Below, piece after piece: positions 8,924-19,270 of a DNA stretch of 64,000 nt; the first letter of the stretch is position 1, and the number at the start of each line of letters is the position of its first letter. Under the pieces are notes generated by a model. That model did not search any database. It saw only the letters and a program-made list of their open reading frames with translations, and was not told the origin of the DNA. A program made the translations under genes and the position numbers. Source of the DNA: a virus; the IMG/VR virus record IMGVR_UViG_3300036939_000082, positions 64,001 through 128,000 of that record; one strand, given 5' to 3'.

Positions 8924-9295
8924 ATGGCTTCAAAATCGATTAACCAAACTACTTCAATTTTGGGATTTTTTGGATTTATAGCTTTGTTGTTGGCGATCGC
9001 GTTTGTACTTTGGTTTATCCCTAATTACAATGTGTACAGCTCCGAGCAAGACGGAAGGGCAGCGCTAGCCCGTGCAGAATACTCAAAAAAAGCACAAGTG
9101 CAAGATGCAATGGCTAAACTGGAGTCTGCAAAGTATATTGCGGAATCAGCAAAATTAATTGAGTCGTCGCTAACTCCAGGATACTTGCAATACTTGCGGA
9201 TTCAAATGCAAGAGCAAGTAGGAGAACGCAATCCCAGTGCAGTGTATTTTTTCGACGGAAATAGCAGCGATCGAATAGTTGTTCCCGCAAAATAA
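8924..9295 (+). CDS. Phage single-TM membrane protein (SPFH/prohibitin C-terminal-like)
   Basis: N-terminal TM helix, PNYNVYSSEQDGRAALARAE, LTPGYLQYL pattern of a common phage membrane family. Confidence 0.65.
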   Translation: MASKSINQTTSILGFFGFIALLLAIAFVLWFIPNYNVYSSEQDGRAALARAEYSKKAQVQDAMAKLESAKYIAESAKLIESSLTPGYLQYLRIQMQEQVGERNPSAVYFFDGNSSDRIVVPAK

Positions 9296-9312
9296 TTGCA
9301 ATTTGTTTACCC

Positions 9313-9362
9313 AAAAGAGAAGGGGCGATCGAATTACTATTCGATCGCCCCTTTCTCTTTTT
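9313..9362. terminator. Bidirectional terminator with HIP1-core stem between converging accessory genes
   Basis: AAAAGAGAAGGGGCGATCGAAT...ATTCGATCGCCCCTTTCTCTTTT. Confidence 0.85.
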
Positions 9363-9370
9363 GTATTAAT

Positions 9371-9706
9371 CTAGCAGATCTCTGCTAATACTTGCGACTT
9401 GAGTGTTTTTCCGTCAATAGGTCTTTCCCACCCAATATGCTTGTATTGTAAAGTGTGCAGAACACTTTCAAGCATAGTACACACGGACTTATATTCTTTA
9501 GCGTTGTTGTAGTACAACTTCAAGATACTTTTGTCTTGACCTCCTAAAGCGAGATTAACGCCATACTTAACAGTGTACCCAGGCATTGAAAATGCTTTTG
9601 ACATTTGTTCAAAAACTTCTTCGCTTATTCCATCTCGGAAAGCGCATTCAAGTAAACAACATGGCTCGTTTATTTCTACCACAACTTCATTGTTTGTGTT
9701 TTGCAT
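9371..9706 (-). CDS. Hypothetical accessory protein
   Basis: ORF from MQNTNNE; TGTGTTATAAT promoter upstream on minus strand. Confidence 0.65.
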   Translation of the reverse strand: MQNTNNEVVVEINEPCCLLECAFRDGISEEVFEQMSKAFSMPGYTVKYGVNLALGGQDKSILKLYYNNAKEYKSVCTMLESVLHTLQYKHIGWERPIDGKTLKSQVLAEIC

Positions 9707-9822
9707 TGTTTTGTGTGTATTATATACAATACGTTTATTATAACACACACAAAGAAGAATATAAACACAAAGCGCACAAATTTTTCGTTATTTTGACGCG
9801 AATCGATCGCCCGCCACACAAA

Positions 9823-10173
9823 TCAATCAAAAGTAGGCAAGCCGTCAGTTGGTACAGGCATATCGATAATCTTGATCGTGACAACCGACGGAGAGCCTAC
9901 GGTATTTGGTTCTGTCGCTAACAGTTGCAGAGTGAAAAATTCATCTCCTTCTACAAGGTAATCTTTTTTTGCAAATACTCGGACTACTTTGTGAGTTTCG
10001 TCAACAGCAAAAGAAAGAATTTGATTTATTGGAACGTAGTCTGTTTCTTTAGCACTCCTATTGCTGGTCGCAACTCGAACAGATGCAGGTCGAGAACTGT
10101 CGTGTCGAACTACGGGAACCTCGATCGACTCGCCTTCTCTGACTGAATAATTTACCTGGCGAAAAAAGAACAT
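9823..10173 (-). CDS. Standalone Calx-beta domain protein
   Basis: YSVREGESIEVPVVR...VRVATSNRSA..TDY...LSFAVDETHK..V...D..VEGDEFFTLQL. Confidence 0.85.
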   Translation of the reverse strand: MFFFRQVNYSVREGESIEVPVVRHDSSRPASVRVATSNRSAKETDYVPINQILSFAVDETHKVVRVFAKKDYLVEGDEFFTLQLLATEPNTVGSPSVVTIKIIDMPVPTDGLPTFD

Positions 10174-10187
10174 TTAATTTTTTATCC

Positions 10188-10613
10188 TTAAGATAGAAAC
10201 AATCTTCGTTCCAAAACTCTTCGTCGAGTCAAACCCGGGACTTTTTGTTTACCGACTTTATCCCATCGCAACAATTGGTCGGCAGCTCCTTGATAATCCC
10301 CATCATTTAGCATTTTAAGCAAAGTAGATTCAAAAAATGCCCCAAAACCAACATTAAAAATAAAAGATACTAAAGCAGAATATTGATTTGCATTTAATTC
10401 CACCGTCACTAACGAGTCAACTGCGGATTGTGCGTCTTGCAAGTCTTCTAAAAGTAATTTTTCTGCTTCTAATTCCGTAATGACAGACCCTTCTACTGCG
10501 TTGCGAGTATGTCCGTAACCAATTGTCCAAATACCTGCAGAACAAAGATAAGCATTCAAGTGCAAGCCTTCAAAAGACTTAATTAGCTTTAGACCCGCAT
10601 CGTTGATTTTCAT
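10188..10613 (-). CDS. GH24 phage lysozyme (endolysin)
   Basis: LIKSFEGLHLNAYLCSAGIWTIGYGHT, ALVSFIFNVG, GLTRRRVLE. Confidence 0.95.
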   Translation of the reverse strand: MKINDAGLKLIKSFEGLHLNAYLCSAGIWTIGYGHTRNAVEGSVITELEAEKLLLEDLQDAQSAVDSLVTVELNANQYSALVSFIFNVGFGAFFESTLLKMLNDGDYQGAADQLLRWDKVGKQKVPGLTRRRVLERRLFLS

Positions 10614-10879
10614 AAAATACCTAAAATTTCAAAAGTAAATTCATTAAGCAACGGCGGTCTGCCAAAATGCAAAATCAATTCTTTACCTCGCAACAAACAA
10701 TCTGGTTCAACTACCTCGTCAAGACAGGTAAGCAATCTCCACGAAACAATAATTGCAAATGGCAAAATAAATTTAAATTTAGTTTTAACTCCATCGCCAA
10801 TTTTGACACATATTTTTTGCACTTTGTCAGGCGACTGTTCTGGAAGTGGCTTGAATGGAATAATTGTAATTTCTTCCAT
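10610..10879 (-). CDS. Standalone copy of the C-terminal domain of the adjacent fibre-like proteins
   Basis: IGDGVKTKF...FGRPPLLN matches LGDGAKTVF...FGRPPALN of 12027..12848. Confidence 0.65.
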   Translation of the reverse strand: MEEITIIPFKPLPEQSPDKVQKICVKIGDGVKTKFKFILPFAIIVSWRLLTCLDEVVEPDCLLRGKELILHFGRPPLLNEFTFEILGIL

Positions 10880-10900
10880 GATTGTTTTTGATAAATACAC

Positions 10901-10940
10901 AAATAGCCTCACCGAGCGCGGGTGCAAAGTGAGGCTATTT
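10901..10940. terminator. Hairpin terminator
   Basis: AAATAGCCTCAC...GTGAGGCTATTT. Confidence 0.65.
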
Positions 10941-10996
10941 TCAAACGTTAGTTGAAATCCACGACCAAATTCTAGTCGGAGATTCTATGAAGAAAT

Positions 10997-11995
10997 TTAG
11001 CCCAAAAAAGGTTTTCTCATTCCCATGATTGACACTTCATAAGATCCTGCTGGCGGTGCCGCGCCGTCGAATTTGACGGTAACGCTGTTAAGGGCGTATT
11101 TTACGCCAACTTTCATTTCTTCGTTGTCGGAAAGCCGCATCACTTTCACAAATACCGTTTTTGTATTGTTCCACCCGTGAGTCACCAAAAATTCGGTGTC
11201 GGTACCGTTACCGATCGTCACGGACAATTCCTCCGGAATACCAAAAGCAGCTTTTGCCCCGGCAACAGAGTTAGCGCCCGTACCGCCTCTCTCGATCGCC
11301 ACACCCTGACCGTTCCACTGAGCTTCGGGGTTGGAGATATTCCCAACTGTCGTAATAGAGGTTTGACCTGGGTAGGTAGCGGCGATATCAATACCGGGAC
11401 CGGAAACGCTAACGCGATCGGCTGTACCGATCAGCGAAAGTACGTGGGCTGCGTCTAAGTCTAAACCGCCGCCAGCGACGGTAGTTTCATACGGCGAACG
11501 CGATCGAATGAACGTCAGATCGCTTGTATCCAGCACGATCGGATCGCGGGTTGTTAGCAACCACAAAGTGCGGTTGTCGAGGTCACCGCCAACAACAGGA
11601 ACAGCCATACCCGATGTAACTTCAGCGTCGGCGTCAGCGTCAGCAGCCCGCACCCAGGAACCTGCGGCAGCTACGTACAAGCCGTTTTCAGTTCTATCTG
11701 TTTGAGCTGTAAGCAGTACGCGATCGCCCGCAGCTAGCGCCGTTTCTTGAAGAGTCAGCAGTCCGCCCGCTGCGATATCGACGTTTTCAGTAGCAGCAAT
11801 TATGCAAGCGTCTTTAATGTCGAGGTTGTTTACCGCTGCTGCAAGCTGCGCTTCAAGAGCTGCAATTTGTCCGTTGAGATCTATTACAACATTGCTGACG
11901 CGATCGTTGCGGCAGGCTGAAGAGCCGTCAACAATAGAAGGATCGAGATTGGTAATTGTCAGGCCTTCGGCGTAGATCTTGCTACCTAATCGCAT
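10997..11995 (-). CDS. Tail-fibre-like structural protein
   Basis: DIKDACIIAATENV...GDRVLLTAQTDRTENGLYV...W.RAADAD domain common in phage fibre/structural proteins. Confidence 0.75.
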   Translation of the reverse strand: MRLGSKIYAEGLTITNLDPSIVDGSSACRNDRVSNVVIDLNGQIAALEAQLAAAVNNLDIKDACIIAATENVDIAAGGLLTLQETALAAGDRVLLTAQTDRTENGLYVAAAGSWVRAADADADAEVTSGMAVPVVGGDLDNRTLWLLTTRDPIVLDTSDLTFIRSRSPYETTVAGGGLDLDAAHVLSLIGTADRVSVSGPGIDIAATYPGQTSITTVGNISNPEAQWNGQGVAIERGGTGANSVAGAKAAFGIPEELSVTIGNGTDTEFLVTHGWNNTKTVFVKVMRLSDNEEMKVGVKYALNSVTVKFDGAAPPAGSYEVSIMGMRKPFLG

Positions 11996-12026
11996 TTAGT
12001 TGCTCCTTGTAAGTGAATAATTGTGG

Positions 12027-12848
12027 TTAATGGCGCAATCCGACGATGGTGATGGCAATACTGTTGAGAGCGGGAGGACGCCCAAAAGTAACTTCTACTC
12101 TGTTCTCGTCCAGCACTCGATTGGAAGGCTTCATGTATTTATTGAGTCCTCCAGTTAGATCGATAATGCTGGGTTCTTGAACGAACCGATTGTTCAATCC
12201 GTGAGTAACGACAAAAACTGTCTTTGCACCATCACCTAGGGGTGAGAAAATTATTTCTTCGGCTGCGCCCAAAAACTTGCGGACAGCTTCAGGGGTGTTA
12301 CCTCCCACACCCGCTCCCGAAATTTCAATTACACCCCGTGGTTCTTGTTTTTTGAAAATTAATGGAGTTTGATCTAAGACGATCGGATCTGGAGTTGTGA
12401 GCATCCAAAACCCTTTATTTGTGGCGTCTCCTCCCAGCACTTCGACTGTAAAGCCGAAAGTAAAATCTGCCGGATCGTTGGAGTCGTATGCTCTAATCCA
12501 AGTTCCAGAGCGAGCGACGTAGGGGCCGTTTTCGGCTGGATTTGTTTGAGCAGTCAATAAGACTCGCGAGTTCGCTGACAAGGTAACTCCCTGCTGCGGA
12601 GCCAACCCGCCTAAACCAATATTGAAGTGAGACGTGAGAGCGAGATCGCACGGAGCTTTCACATTTCTGTGATTCAGACCCATCATGCGAGATTCAATTG
12701 CTTTTAACTTTTCTTCAAACGCATCTTCGATTGCAGCAATTTGAGCGATTACAAAATCCCGGCGAACTGCGGAAGAAGGGTCTTCGCTTTCCTTTAACTC
12801 TACAATTGAATAATTATTAGCGTTTAAGTCGTCAACTATAACTGGCAT
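12027..12848 (-). CDS. Tail-fibre-like structural protein (paralogue of 10997..11995)
   Basis: SRVLLTAQTNPAENGPYV...WIRAYD; shared LTTPDPIVLD and C-terminal THG domain. Confidence 0.75.
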   Translation of the reverse strand: MPVIVDDLNANNYSIVELKESEDPSSAVRRDFVIAQIAAIEDAFEEKLKAIESRMMGLNHRNVKAPCDLALTSHFNIGLGGLAPQQGVTLSANSRVLLTAQTNPAENGPYVARSGTWIRAYDSNDPADFTFGFTVEVLGGDATNKGFWMLTTPDPIVLDQTPLIFKKQEPRGVIEISGAGVGGNTPEAVRKFLGAAEEIIFSPLGDGAKTVFVVTHGLNNRFVQEPSIIDLTGGLNKYMKPSNRVLDENRVEVTFGRPPALNSIAITIVGLRH

Positions 12849-12851
12849 ACA

Positions 12852-13250
12852 TTAATCAAATAGGTGTTCGACAGTCAATCTTTGATTTTCAATAGTCGTG
12901 GCGACGAGTTCAATTAAACTGCCCAATCGAAATTCTTTTTCAACAGCAAGACGAGATCGCGTTTCGCTGTCAAAAATTATTTTGTTGCGACAGTCGTTTA
13001 CAACTTCGATCGCCCACTGAATGTAGATTTCTAGCCATTTATCTCTTTTTTTTGCGTCGTCGAGCTGCTCAAAATCATTTTCAAGTTGTTTTGATTGAAG
13101 GGCGATCGTCGCTGCACTCAAAGCTAATATCGCTGACTGGGTATTTTCCTGAGTATCAGCAGATTGCTCGATAACGCCGTCAACGGAAGCGGTTATCCGT
13201 CCCAGACTTTCTTGAACTTTTTGAGCGAGGTTGTTGATCGCGCTTGTCAT
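12852..13250 (-). CDS. Hypothetical helical protein
   Basis: 132-aa ORF in the minus-strand operon. Confidence 0.65.
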   Translation of the reverse strand: MTSAINNLAQKVQESLGRITASVDGVIEQSADTQENTQSAILALSAATIALQSKQLENDFEQLDDAKKRDKWLEIYIQWAIEVVNDCRNKIIFDSETRSRLAVEKEFRLGSLIELVATTIENQRLTVEHLFD

Positions 13251-13271
13251 TGGATTTCCCCAAAACTAGAC

Positions 13272-13301
13272 AAAAAAACACCGAGACGGGTTGCCTCGGC
13301 G
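13272..13301 (-). terminator. Hairpin plus U tract before 13250 start
   Basis: GCCGAGGC-AACCC-GTCTCGGT-GTTTTTTT on minus strand. Confidence 0.65.
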
Positions 13302-13334
13302 TGAGTTGATTATTAAGTTTTTTTAAGGGTTTTA

Positions 13335-13691
13335 TTATAACTGACCCCCGTCGCTGTTGCAAGATGGGGCAGTTAACTGCCACTGCTGAACTTGATTTAG
13401 TATATTCAAAATAGAACCTGCTACAGCTCTATACTGTTCTACTGTAGCAGGTTTGCTCGCATTGTCAAGTTGTGCGATGTCCGGGGCAACAGAAGGAGAT
13501 GGCAGGCGATCGCCCACAATCATAGACGCTTTCTCGGCAGCAATTTGAGCTGCTGCCGCTCTGCGATTATACGCAATTCCTTGAAACAAGGATTGAATAA
13601 ACCGAGCCTCCATTCTTGCCATCTGCTCTTCTGGGGAGAGGGTAGACGGAAAAGAAAAATCTGTAGGATAAAATTCAAGATTTTCACGCAT
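13335..13691 (-). CDS. Hypothetical protein
   Basis: 118-aa ORF overlapping the upstream gene. Confidence 0.65.
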   Translation of the reverse strand: MRENLEFYPTDFSFPSTLSPEEQMARMEARFIQSLFQGIAYNRRAAAAQIAAEKASMIVGDRLPSPSVAPDIAQLDNASKPATVEQYRAVAGSILNILNQVQQWQLTAPSCNSDGGQL

Positions 13692-13965
13692 TTGTTTCTG
13701 AAAGTGATAAAATCGTGCGAATTCGGTCTTCAGGAAAATTTACAGTTAGTGATTTAAGAGCCGGAATATATCTAATTCCATTATCTTTTGAATCTCTTTG
13801 GGACTTAACTAAGATTTTCCGATACAAAGTTTCACCTAGTCTATACAAACATTCCTCTTTACCTATAGGTGTAATATTAAGCTCGGAGTTTTCTGGAATC
13901 ACTAAAAAACCTGGAATCTTATTGTTAGATTCGAGTGATATACTATCAACGGTAACATAATTCAT
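13684..13965 (-). CDS. Hypothetical protein
   Basis: 93-aa ORF, tightly packed in operon. Confidence 0.6.
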   Translation of the reverse strand: MNYVTVDSISLESNNKIPGFLVIPENSELNITPIGKEECLYRLGETLYRKILVKSQRDSKDNGIRYIPALKSLTVNFPEDRIRTILSLSETNA

Positions 13966-13969
13966 GCTT

Positions 13970-14320
13970 TTACATTTTTCTAAAACTCTTTTTTAGTCGA
14001 TCAACCGCATCAGACCAAGATCCCGATGAGACTCTATAAATGCCGTTAACCCTAGGGTTAGCTTGTTGGTAAGCTACCGCTCGCCTATTTTTTTCTTCAT
14101 CCCAAGGAACAAGAATTATACCGTTATATTTGGGATCGGAATCTTGAAAGACAAGCGCTCTTCTAAAATAAACTCCTTCTACTTCAATCAACTTTTCTTC
14201 GGAATGCAACGGAGTGCGTTCGCATTCTTTGGCTAAATCTTCTCTGTTTGTCCCAACAAGAAATATTGAAATTTTGTCACAAACTTCAAGTGCTTGCCCG
14301 TCAACCGCAAAATTGCTCAT
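13970..14320 (-). CDS. Hypothetical protein
   Basis: ORF from MSNFAV, ATGA overlap with the stop of 14317..15960. Confidence 0.65.
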   Translation of the reverse strand: MSNFAVDGQALEVCDKISIFLVGTNREDLAKECERTPLHSEEKLIEVEGVYFRRALVFQDSDPKYNGIILVPWDEEKNRRAVAYQQANPRVNGIYRVSSGSWSDAVDRLKKSFRKM

Positions 14321-15960
14321 AAATTTATTTTGTAAACGGGAATTACAGTGCAAGGTTCAAAACCTTTGTTGCTCAATACTATACCATCTCCATAGCTACC
14401 GACAACAGAAACAGTTGGCGAAGGATACAAGAAATCTACTCCATAATTCTGCCAAGGAACAATGGTTTCACCGTTGGGCGCAGGCTGCGAAATTATTTGA
14501 CCGGGAAGCAACAGCTCTATAGTATCGAGTTTCAACCTTCGAGACGCATTGTCAGCAGAAATTACTTCAACAGTCCGGATGTCTGCACCCGCAAGGGTTT
14601 GTATAAAAGCCTTTCCAGGCTTGAAGGATAGAGTTGAGTTGATCTGTACTTCTTGCGTTGAAGGAAATAATTTTTCAATTTCCTGCGGGTCGATCGCCAA
14701 AAACGGCATTCTTGCTGCTGCGTAGCCGGGAACAACAAAACCAGATTCGTCAACCGAAGCAGGCGGGACTTCTACGGGTTTACCGATAAACTTTTGTGCG
14801 GAAGATCCAATAATTTCAGCCGGAATAGGAATTCCCTCAAACAATCGTTTGATATCTTTGAGAGCCAAGTGTCCGATTTCAACCCTGCCGTCTTCCATTA
14901 AACCTTCGGTGCAAACCAAGTGCTGAAAGCACCTCAGTCCTTCGCTCGACAAAACCATTGCTGCTTCGGATGCTCGGTACAGATTTGGGGAAGGCGTTTT
15001 TGCTGCCAGCTTTCCGTCTATGTAGACGTTTGTCATTCCAGTTTCGCCAACTACCTGCACGTAAAATTTAAAATTGTTTGGCAATTCTTCACTTGCAACA
15101 GAAGAAGTACCGATTTCTACGCACAACTTTTTATCTTTGATTGCTACTTTAAAATCGCCGCATTCGACAACATTGCCGTCGCCCCTCCAGTATTCGATCG
15201 CGCCCATCACTCCAAAAGTTCTCAAACCTTTTAACGGCGATTGGTGGTAATAAAGAATTGTTGGCTCTACAGGTACAATAGCTGACTGCTGGTACACCGG
15301 AAGGGTAGGAAAATTCCTTCTTTCAACTTGCACGATCGTCACTTCGAGCGTCATTGAATTTTCCATAAAAAATTCAATGTGAACCAAAGTTTCGTCAATT
15401 GGGACAAATTGAATGTCAATTCGTTTGTTTGCGTCGATCGCGTCGTTGAGCATTTCACCCAAGGAAGCTTGAGCTAGTATCGATCCAGACTGAGTTACGC
15501 GAAATACATCACCCACACCGGCGCTGCCGTTGGCAAGCCGCAGAACAGTCCAAGCTGTGTGTGCTTTATTCGGCTCTAGGTGGATCGACCGCCTCAATAT
15601 TTGACGCTTTCGACTTTCTTCGTCTTGACCTTTTCCGGCAATAACGGCGATCGAATCGGCTTCTTGACGGACAGATACCGCGCCGCGGGTAACTTCCCGA
15701 CGAACAAAAACGTTAGAACCTGCAATCCACTCTGAACTTTTTAAATCGTCGGAATATGTTAATAAATTTACAATTTCCGGTGCAATTACAAAATTGCCGC
15801 TGTTGTAAATTGCTGGCTCGTTGCTTGATATCGCTATCAAATCTAAAGATCCATTTATTTCTTTTTCAAGAAACAAAGGAGAAGGTCTGCTGAAGGTTGG
15901 AAGTCTACCTTGATAAAAATCTCCAAACGTACCTTTAATTCCGAAATTAATTTTTCCCAT
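14317..15960 (-). CDS. Putative baseplate/tail structural protein (beta-rich)
   Basis: 547 aa; NLLTYSDDL..SEW motif seen in phage tail carbohydrate-binding-like domains; position in tail operon. Confidence 0.55.
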   Translation of the reverse strand: MGKINFGIKGTFGDFYQGRLPTFSRPSPLFLEKEINGSLDLIAISSNEPAIYNSGNFVIAPEIVNLLTYSDDLKSSEWIAGSNVFVRREVTRGAVSVRQEADSIAVIAGKGQDEESRKRQILRRSIHLEPNKAHTAWTVLRLANGSAGVGDVFRVTQSGSILAQASLGEMLNDAIDANKRIDIQFVPIDETLVHIEFFMENSMTLEVTIVQVERRNFPTLPVYQQSAIVPVEPTILYYHQSPLKGLRTFGVMGAIEYWRGDGNVVECGDFKVAIKDKKLCVEIGTSSVASEELPNNFKFYVQVVGETGMTNVYIDGKLAAKTPSPNLYRASEAAMVLSSEGLRCFQHLVCTEGLMEDGRVEIGHLALKDIKRLFEGIPIPAEIIGSSAQKFIGKPVEVPPASVDESGFVVPGYAAARMPFLAIDPQEIEKLFPSTQEVQINSTLSFKPGKAFIQTLAGADIRTVEVISADNASRRLKLDTIELLLPGQIISQPAPNGETIVPWQNYGVDFLYPSPTVSVVGSYGDGIVLSNKGFEPCTVIPVYKINL

Positions 15961-15963
15961 TTT

Positions 15964-18180
15964 CTAAACCAAGGTAAATAAATCGAATGCAGTTCCAGCA
16001 GAAGTGTCGCAAGCAACAGCAGTTCCGCCAACTCCGTCGTGCGTTACAACCAACAGCCTGATTTCTTTTTCCTTCCGAATCACGATCGCCACAACGCCTT
16101 GAAACAGAGAGTCGTGAGATAAATTAGGAAGCCTGAAGCCCATCGTTTCGCCCCCGATCGCCAGTCGCCCCTCAATTCCCCGATCTCCCAGAATAGGAGC
16201 GATCGGATTTTTCACGTATTCTATCGTTTGACCCAAAAAAGGAAGCGCTAGCCCCGGACTGGCTTGAATTGGCAAAACCCGCATTGTCAAAGGACCCGGG
16301 TAAGTTTCGCCGGCAAGGTGAATCGGTCCGTAGAGTTCGGGCGCTCTAGCTGCGCTGGCTTGAGGCAGGTATTTGGCGATCGGGGAAAATCGAAAAGTCG
16401 CTTCTCCCCGGTGTACCGTGTTGCCACCGCCTTGAGAATGAGCCACAAACAGGGGATCGGAAATTATTTCGGCACCGTCGAGCAAGCCCGCGTCGCCCAG
16501 ACCTTCATATTTGGGATAAGCCAAAAGGAATTGCATTTTGTCCGAAGGGCGGGGGCTGCGGTAAACTAGGGCTCTGTAAGCCGTGTTCGGACGCGAAACC
16601 CTGACGATCGGCGAATCCAGCCTTCCGGAGATTCCTTCTATAAAAGCAAAACATCCGCCGGGTTCGTCCGGAACAGCTACCATTCCAAAAGCATTGGACT
16701 GAACTACAACATCTTCATATAAATAGAGTATTCCAGACCGCTCCCGCGCCATGACAGCAATTATTGACTGATCGCCTGCGGGTTCTTGATACTCTATTAG
16801 GTCGTTTTGACCGCCTTCTCGAATGTTAGCCTCAGCCAATTCTTTCCCAGCAAACCAAACTTTTTCGCAGCGGCGGAAAGGAACTTGAAAACCGCATCCG
16901 GGCGGGTAGCAAATTGCTGGAACGCAGTAGGCAATACCGCCGGGTTTGATTGAAGAATCTTCGCTGGCAATCCAAGCCAACACCCCAGAATGTCCGAGCC
17001 TAGTAAATCGCCCCAAACTAGATTGGTCTTTGCCGTCGGGACTGTAAATCTTGTGAAGGGAAAGATTTTCTGAAAAGTACGTGCCGTAGGGAGTCGGTTG
17101 CTGCAAGACGATCGACACCAGCGCGCGGTCGGTTCCGTCGTTTTCTGCTCGAACTTTTACTACCGAAATGTTGTCGGTAACGGCTTGATCCAAGAAAGTC
17201 ATGCGCTGCCCGTTGGCAATCATGTTCGTTCCGTTCGAGGCGATCGCCGCTTCTCCCGGAGAACTGTTTCCTTGAATCGTCCCCAAGGACAAGTTCTGAA
17301 CTGTTCGGGAATAGTTGCGGCTGAAACCGGAAAACAGATCTACGATTCGCTTCCAGGCGATCGTGTTGACATCTTCCGTCGAAGCGGAGCCATCTAAAAT
17401 GATCCCGATAATGTCAATGCCGTCGCCACCCGTGTAGCCTCCTTCTGTATAGTTGGCTTTGCGGCGAACCGTACAAATTTGCAGTACATCTATATGATCT
17501 GGAAAAACTCGATAGCTTTTTGATTCCATCCAGTTGTCGTCGATCGCCCAGATGTGATGTTCGCCAAACGGAAACCCTGTACCGCCTTTTTTAGTTACGG
17601 TAAATCGGTGGTGCGCGTCAATGTCGCCGCTGCGGGGAATCGCCGTCAATTGGCGAAAATCTTCTGGGGCGATCGGTTCGGGACACAAGATGGCAATAAA
17701 AAACACCCTTTTTCTGCGGGAGTTCTCGCCTACCATCTGCTTGATCTGAATTTCTTGTGTTTGTTCGTCTTGATCCCGGTACGAGAATTCTAGCTGACCC
17801 AGTTCTGGGTCTTGTTCTGCGCCAACTTCGCAACTGAACGCAACTAAGTATAAATAATCCTCCCGGTTGACAATCGACCCGGCTGACGCCTTAATAGATG
17901 GAATCTTCAGGTTAAAGTCTAAGCTGAGTCCGTCGTTCGGATAAATCGGTAGGTGCGCTTTACCGCGAACTTGGTAGACATTTTGTTCGGAGGCGATCGG
18001 AGTGACTTGCGGCAGCTTTAGCCACTTCGGCTCTCCTCGGGAGCAGTAAATATATTGAACTTGAATATCGTTGTTGAGGTTAACTTCCTCCGCAAGAAGG
18101 ACGGATATGTCTCCAATGCCTTCTGGAGCCTTGGGATTGACCGCCAGATCGTTAACTTTTCTTTGAAATGGTTCAGCCAC
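15964..18180 (-). CDS. Large putative virion structural protein
   Basis: 738-aa beta-rich, HIP1-rich ORF in tail operon; no family recognised. Confidence 0.55.
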   Translation of the reverse strand: MAEPFQRKVNDLAVNPKAPEGIGDISVLLAEEVNLNNDIQVQYIYCSRGEPKWLKLPQVTPIASEQNVYQVRGKAHLPIYPNDGLSLDFNLKIPSIKASAGSIVNREDYLYLVAFSCEVGAEQDPELGQLEFSYRDQDEQTQEIQIKQMVGENSRRKRVFFIAILCPEPIAPEDFRQLTAIPRSGDIDAHHRFTVTKKGGTGFPFGEHHIWAIDDNWMESKSYRVFPDHIDVLQICTVRRKANYTEGGYTGGDGIDIIGIILDGSASTEDVNTIAWKRIVDLFSGFSRNYSRTVQNLSLGTIQGNSSPGEAAIASNGTNMIANGQRMTFLDQAVTDNISVVKVRAENDGTDRALVSIVLQQPTPYGTYFSENLSLHKIYSPDGKDQSSLGRFTRLGHSGVLAWIASEDSSIKPGGIAYCVPAICYPPGCGFQVPFRRCEKVWFAGKELAEANIREGGQNDLIEYQEPAGDQSIIAVMARERSGILYLYEDVVVQSNAFGMVAVPDEPGGCFAFIEGISGRLDSPIVRVSRPNTAYRALVYRSPRPSDKMQFLLAYPKYEGLGDAGLLDGAEIISDPLFVAHSQGGGNTVHRGEATFRFSPIAKYLPQASAARAPELYGPIHLAGETYPGPLTMRVLPIQASPGLALPFLGQTIEYVKNPIAPILGDRGIEGRLAIGGETMGFRLPNLSHDSLFQGVVAIVIRKEKEIRLLVVTHDGVGGTAVACDTSAGTAFDLFTLV

Positions 18181-18311
18181 TCAAATGCTTCTCCAAAAAA
18201 AAATAACCAAGACTCGTTTGAGGGAGTCCCGGCTTGGGAAATTATACAGGGTATGGTGCAATCAATACACTGGGTCGATTATAGCGGATCGGGCGGGCGA
18301 TCGCAAGTCAA

Positions 18312-18725
18312 TTAATTTTGGGCGATCGTATCTAAAAGTTTTAGAGCAACTCTCGTTTTCGCTACTTCGCGCAGAAAGGAACGTTCCGGAGGTTTCATTC
18401 TCTGAAATATACTAACTATTTGTATCGCAATACCCATAATTGTTTCGACAAGTTTTCCTCTAGGTATTTCATCAATCATTTGTCGCCAAAAAGAATCAAA
18501 CAAGTTAGAAAATTCATCGTATGTAACAGAATCTACCCAAATTCCTAATGTTTTATTTAGGACGCTTTTGGATATTAAATCTTGAGCTTGCAAAAAGTCT
18601 GTAAATAATTCCATTAAATAACCGTCCATGTGCTTGGTGTACTCTTTACTGGATTCCGTGTTGTTTGCAATTGATTCCATTTTTAAAGTAAACGGCGAAA
18701 TAGAAACATCTGTTATTTTCATCAA
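18312..18725 (-). CDS. Hypothetical accessory protein
   Basis: AT-rich 137-aa ORF coupled to 18722..19270. Confidence 0.6.
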   Translation of the reverse strand: MMKITDVSISPFTLKMESIANNTESSKEYTKHMDGYLMELFTDFLQAQDLISKSVLNKTLGIWVDSVTYDEFSNLFDSFWRQMIDEIPRGKLVETIMGIAIQIVSIFQRMKPPERSFLREVAKTRVALKLLDTIAQN

Positions 18726-19270
18726 TTTTCCTCTACTTCGTAATACAAATTGTCTCCCGGTAGTCGCAAAGCAGCCAGTTCAGCTTTATTTTCAGCAAGT
18801 GCTTCAAGATATTGTTTAAATGTCATTCCAAACAATTTACGTTTTACGTCTGGCGATTGCTGCGGTTTTCCGAAAGCATCTCGAAACCGAGACTCAATAC
18901 CTTCAAGGGTAAACGCCGACTGAATAGCGATCGCCCGCTTATTATTCGCGTTTGCTTCAACGGCGATTATCAATGTTAATTCTTTGAGACTTATAGTCTG
19001 TGCTTTTGTCGCGCCACCCCTACCCTGTCTCTGAATCGCTACAGGAAGTGGGTTGTACCTAAAACCTTCAGCCTGTAAAGCTTTAAGCTTTTTAGGAGCC
19101 TTTGAGGGTAGTACCAAAAACCAATCTCTTTGGTAGCCCAAAAGTATAGACGTACCAACAATGCCTGCCCGAAATTCTTCATTTGGCATTAGGTAGTCGT
19201 CGATCGCCAGTGTGTCACTAAGTCGCACAGTAGCTGCTACTACTTTAATCGGTTCGCTTTTATCACTCAT
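18722..19270 (-). CDS. Cyanobacterial mobile-element DNA-binding protein (P63C/antirepressor-like)
   Basis: TVRLSDTLAIDDYLMPNEEFR...KKLKALQAEGF...TKAQTISL pattern. Confidence 0.5.
   Translation of the reverse strand: MSDKSEPIKVVAATVRLSDTLAIDDYLMPNEEFRAGIVGTSILLGYQRDWFLVLPSKAPKKLKALQAEGFRYNPLPVAIQRQGRGGATKAQTISLKELTLIIAVEANANNKRAIAIQSAFTLEGIESRFRDAFGKPQQSPDVKRKLFGMTFKQYLEALAENKAELAALRLPGDNLYYEVEEN

Noticed and set aside
18185-18415. 76-aa plus-strand ORF
   Set aside because: Overlaps a minus-strand gene, no promoter/terminator pair, no motif
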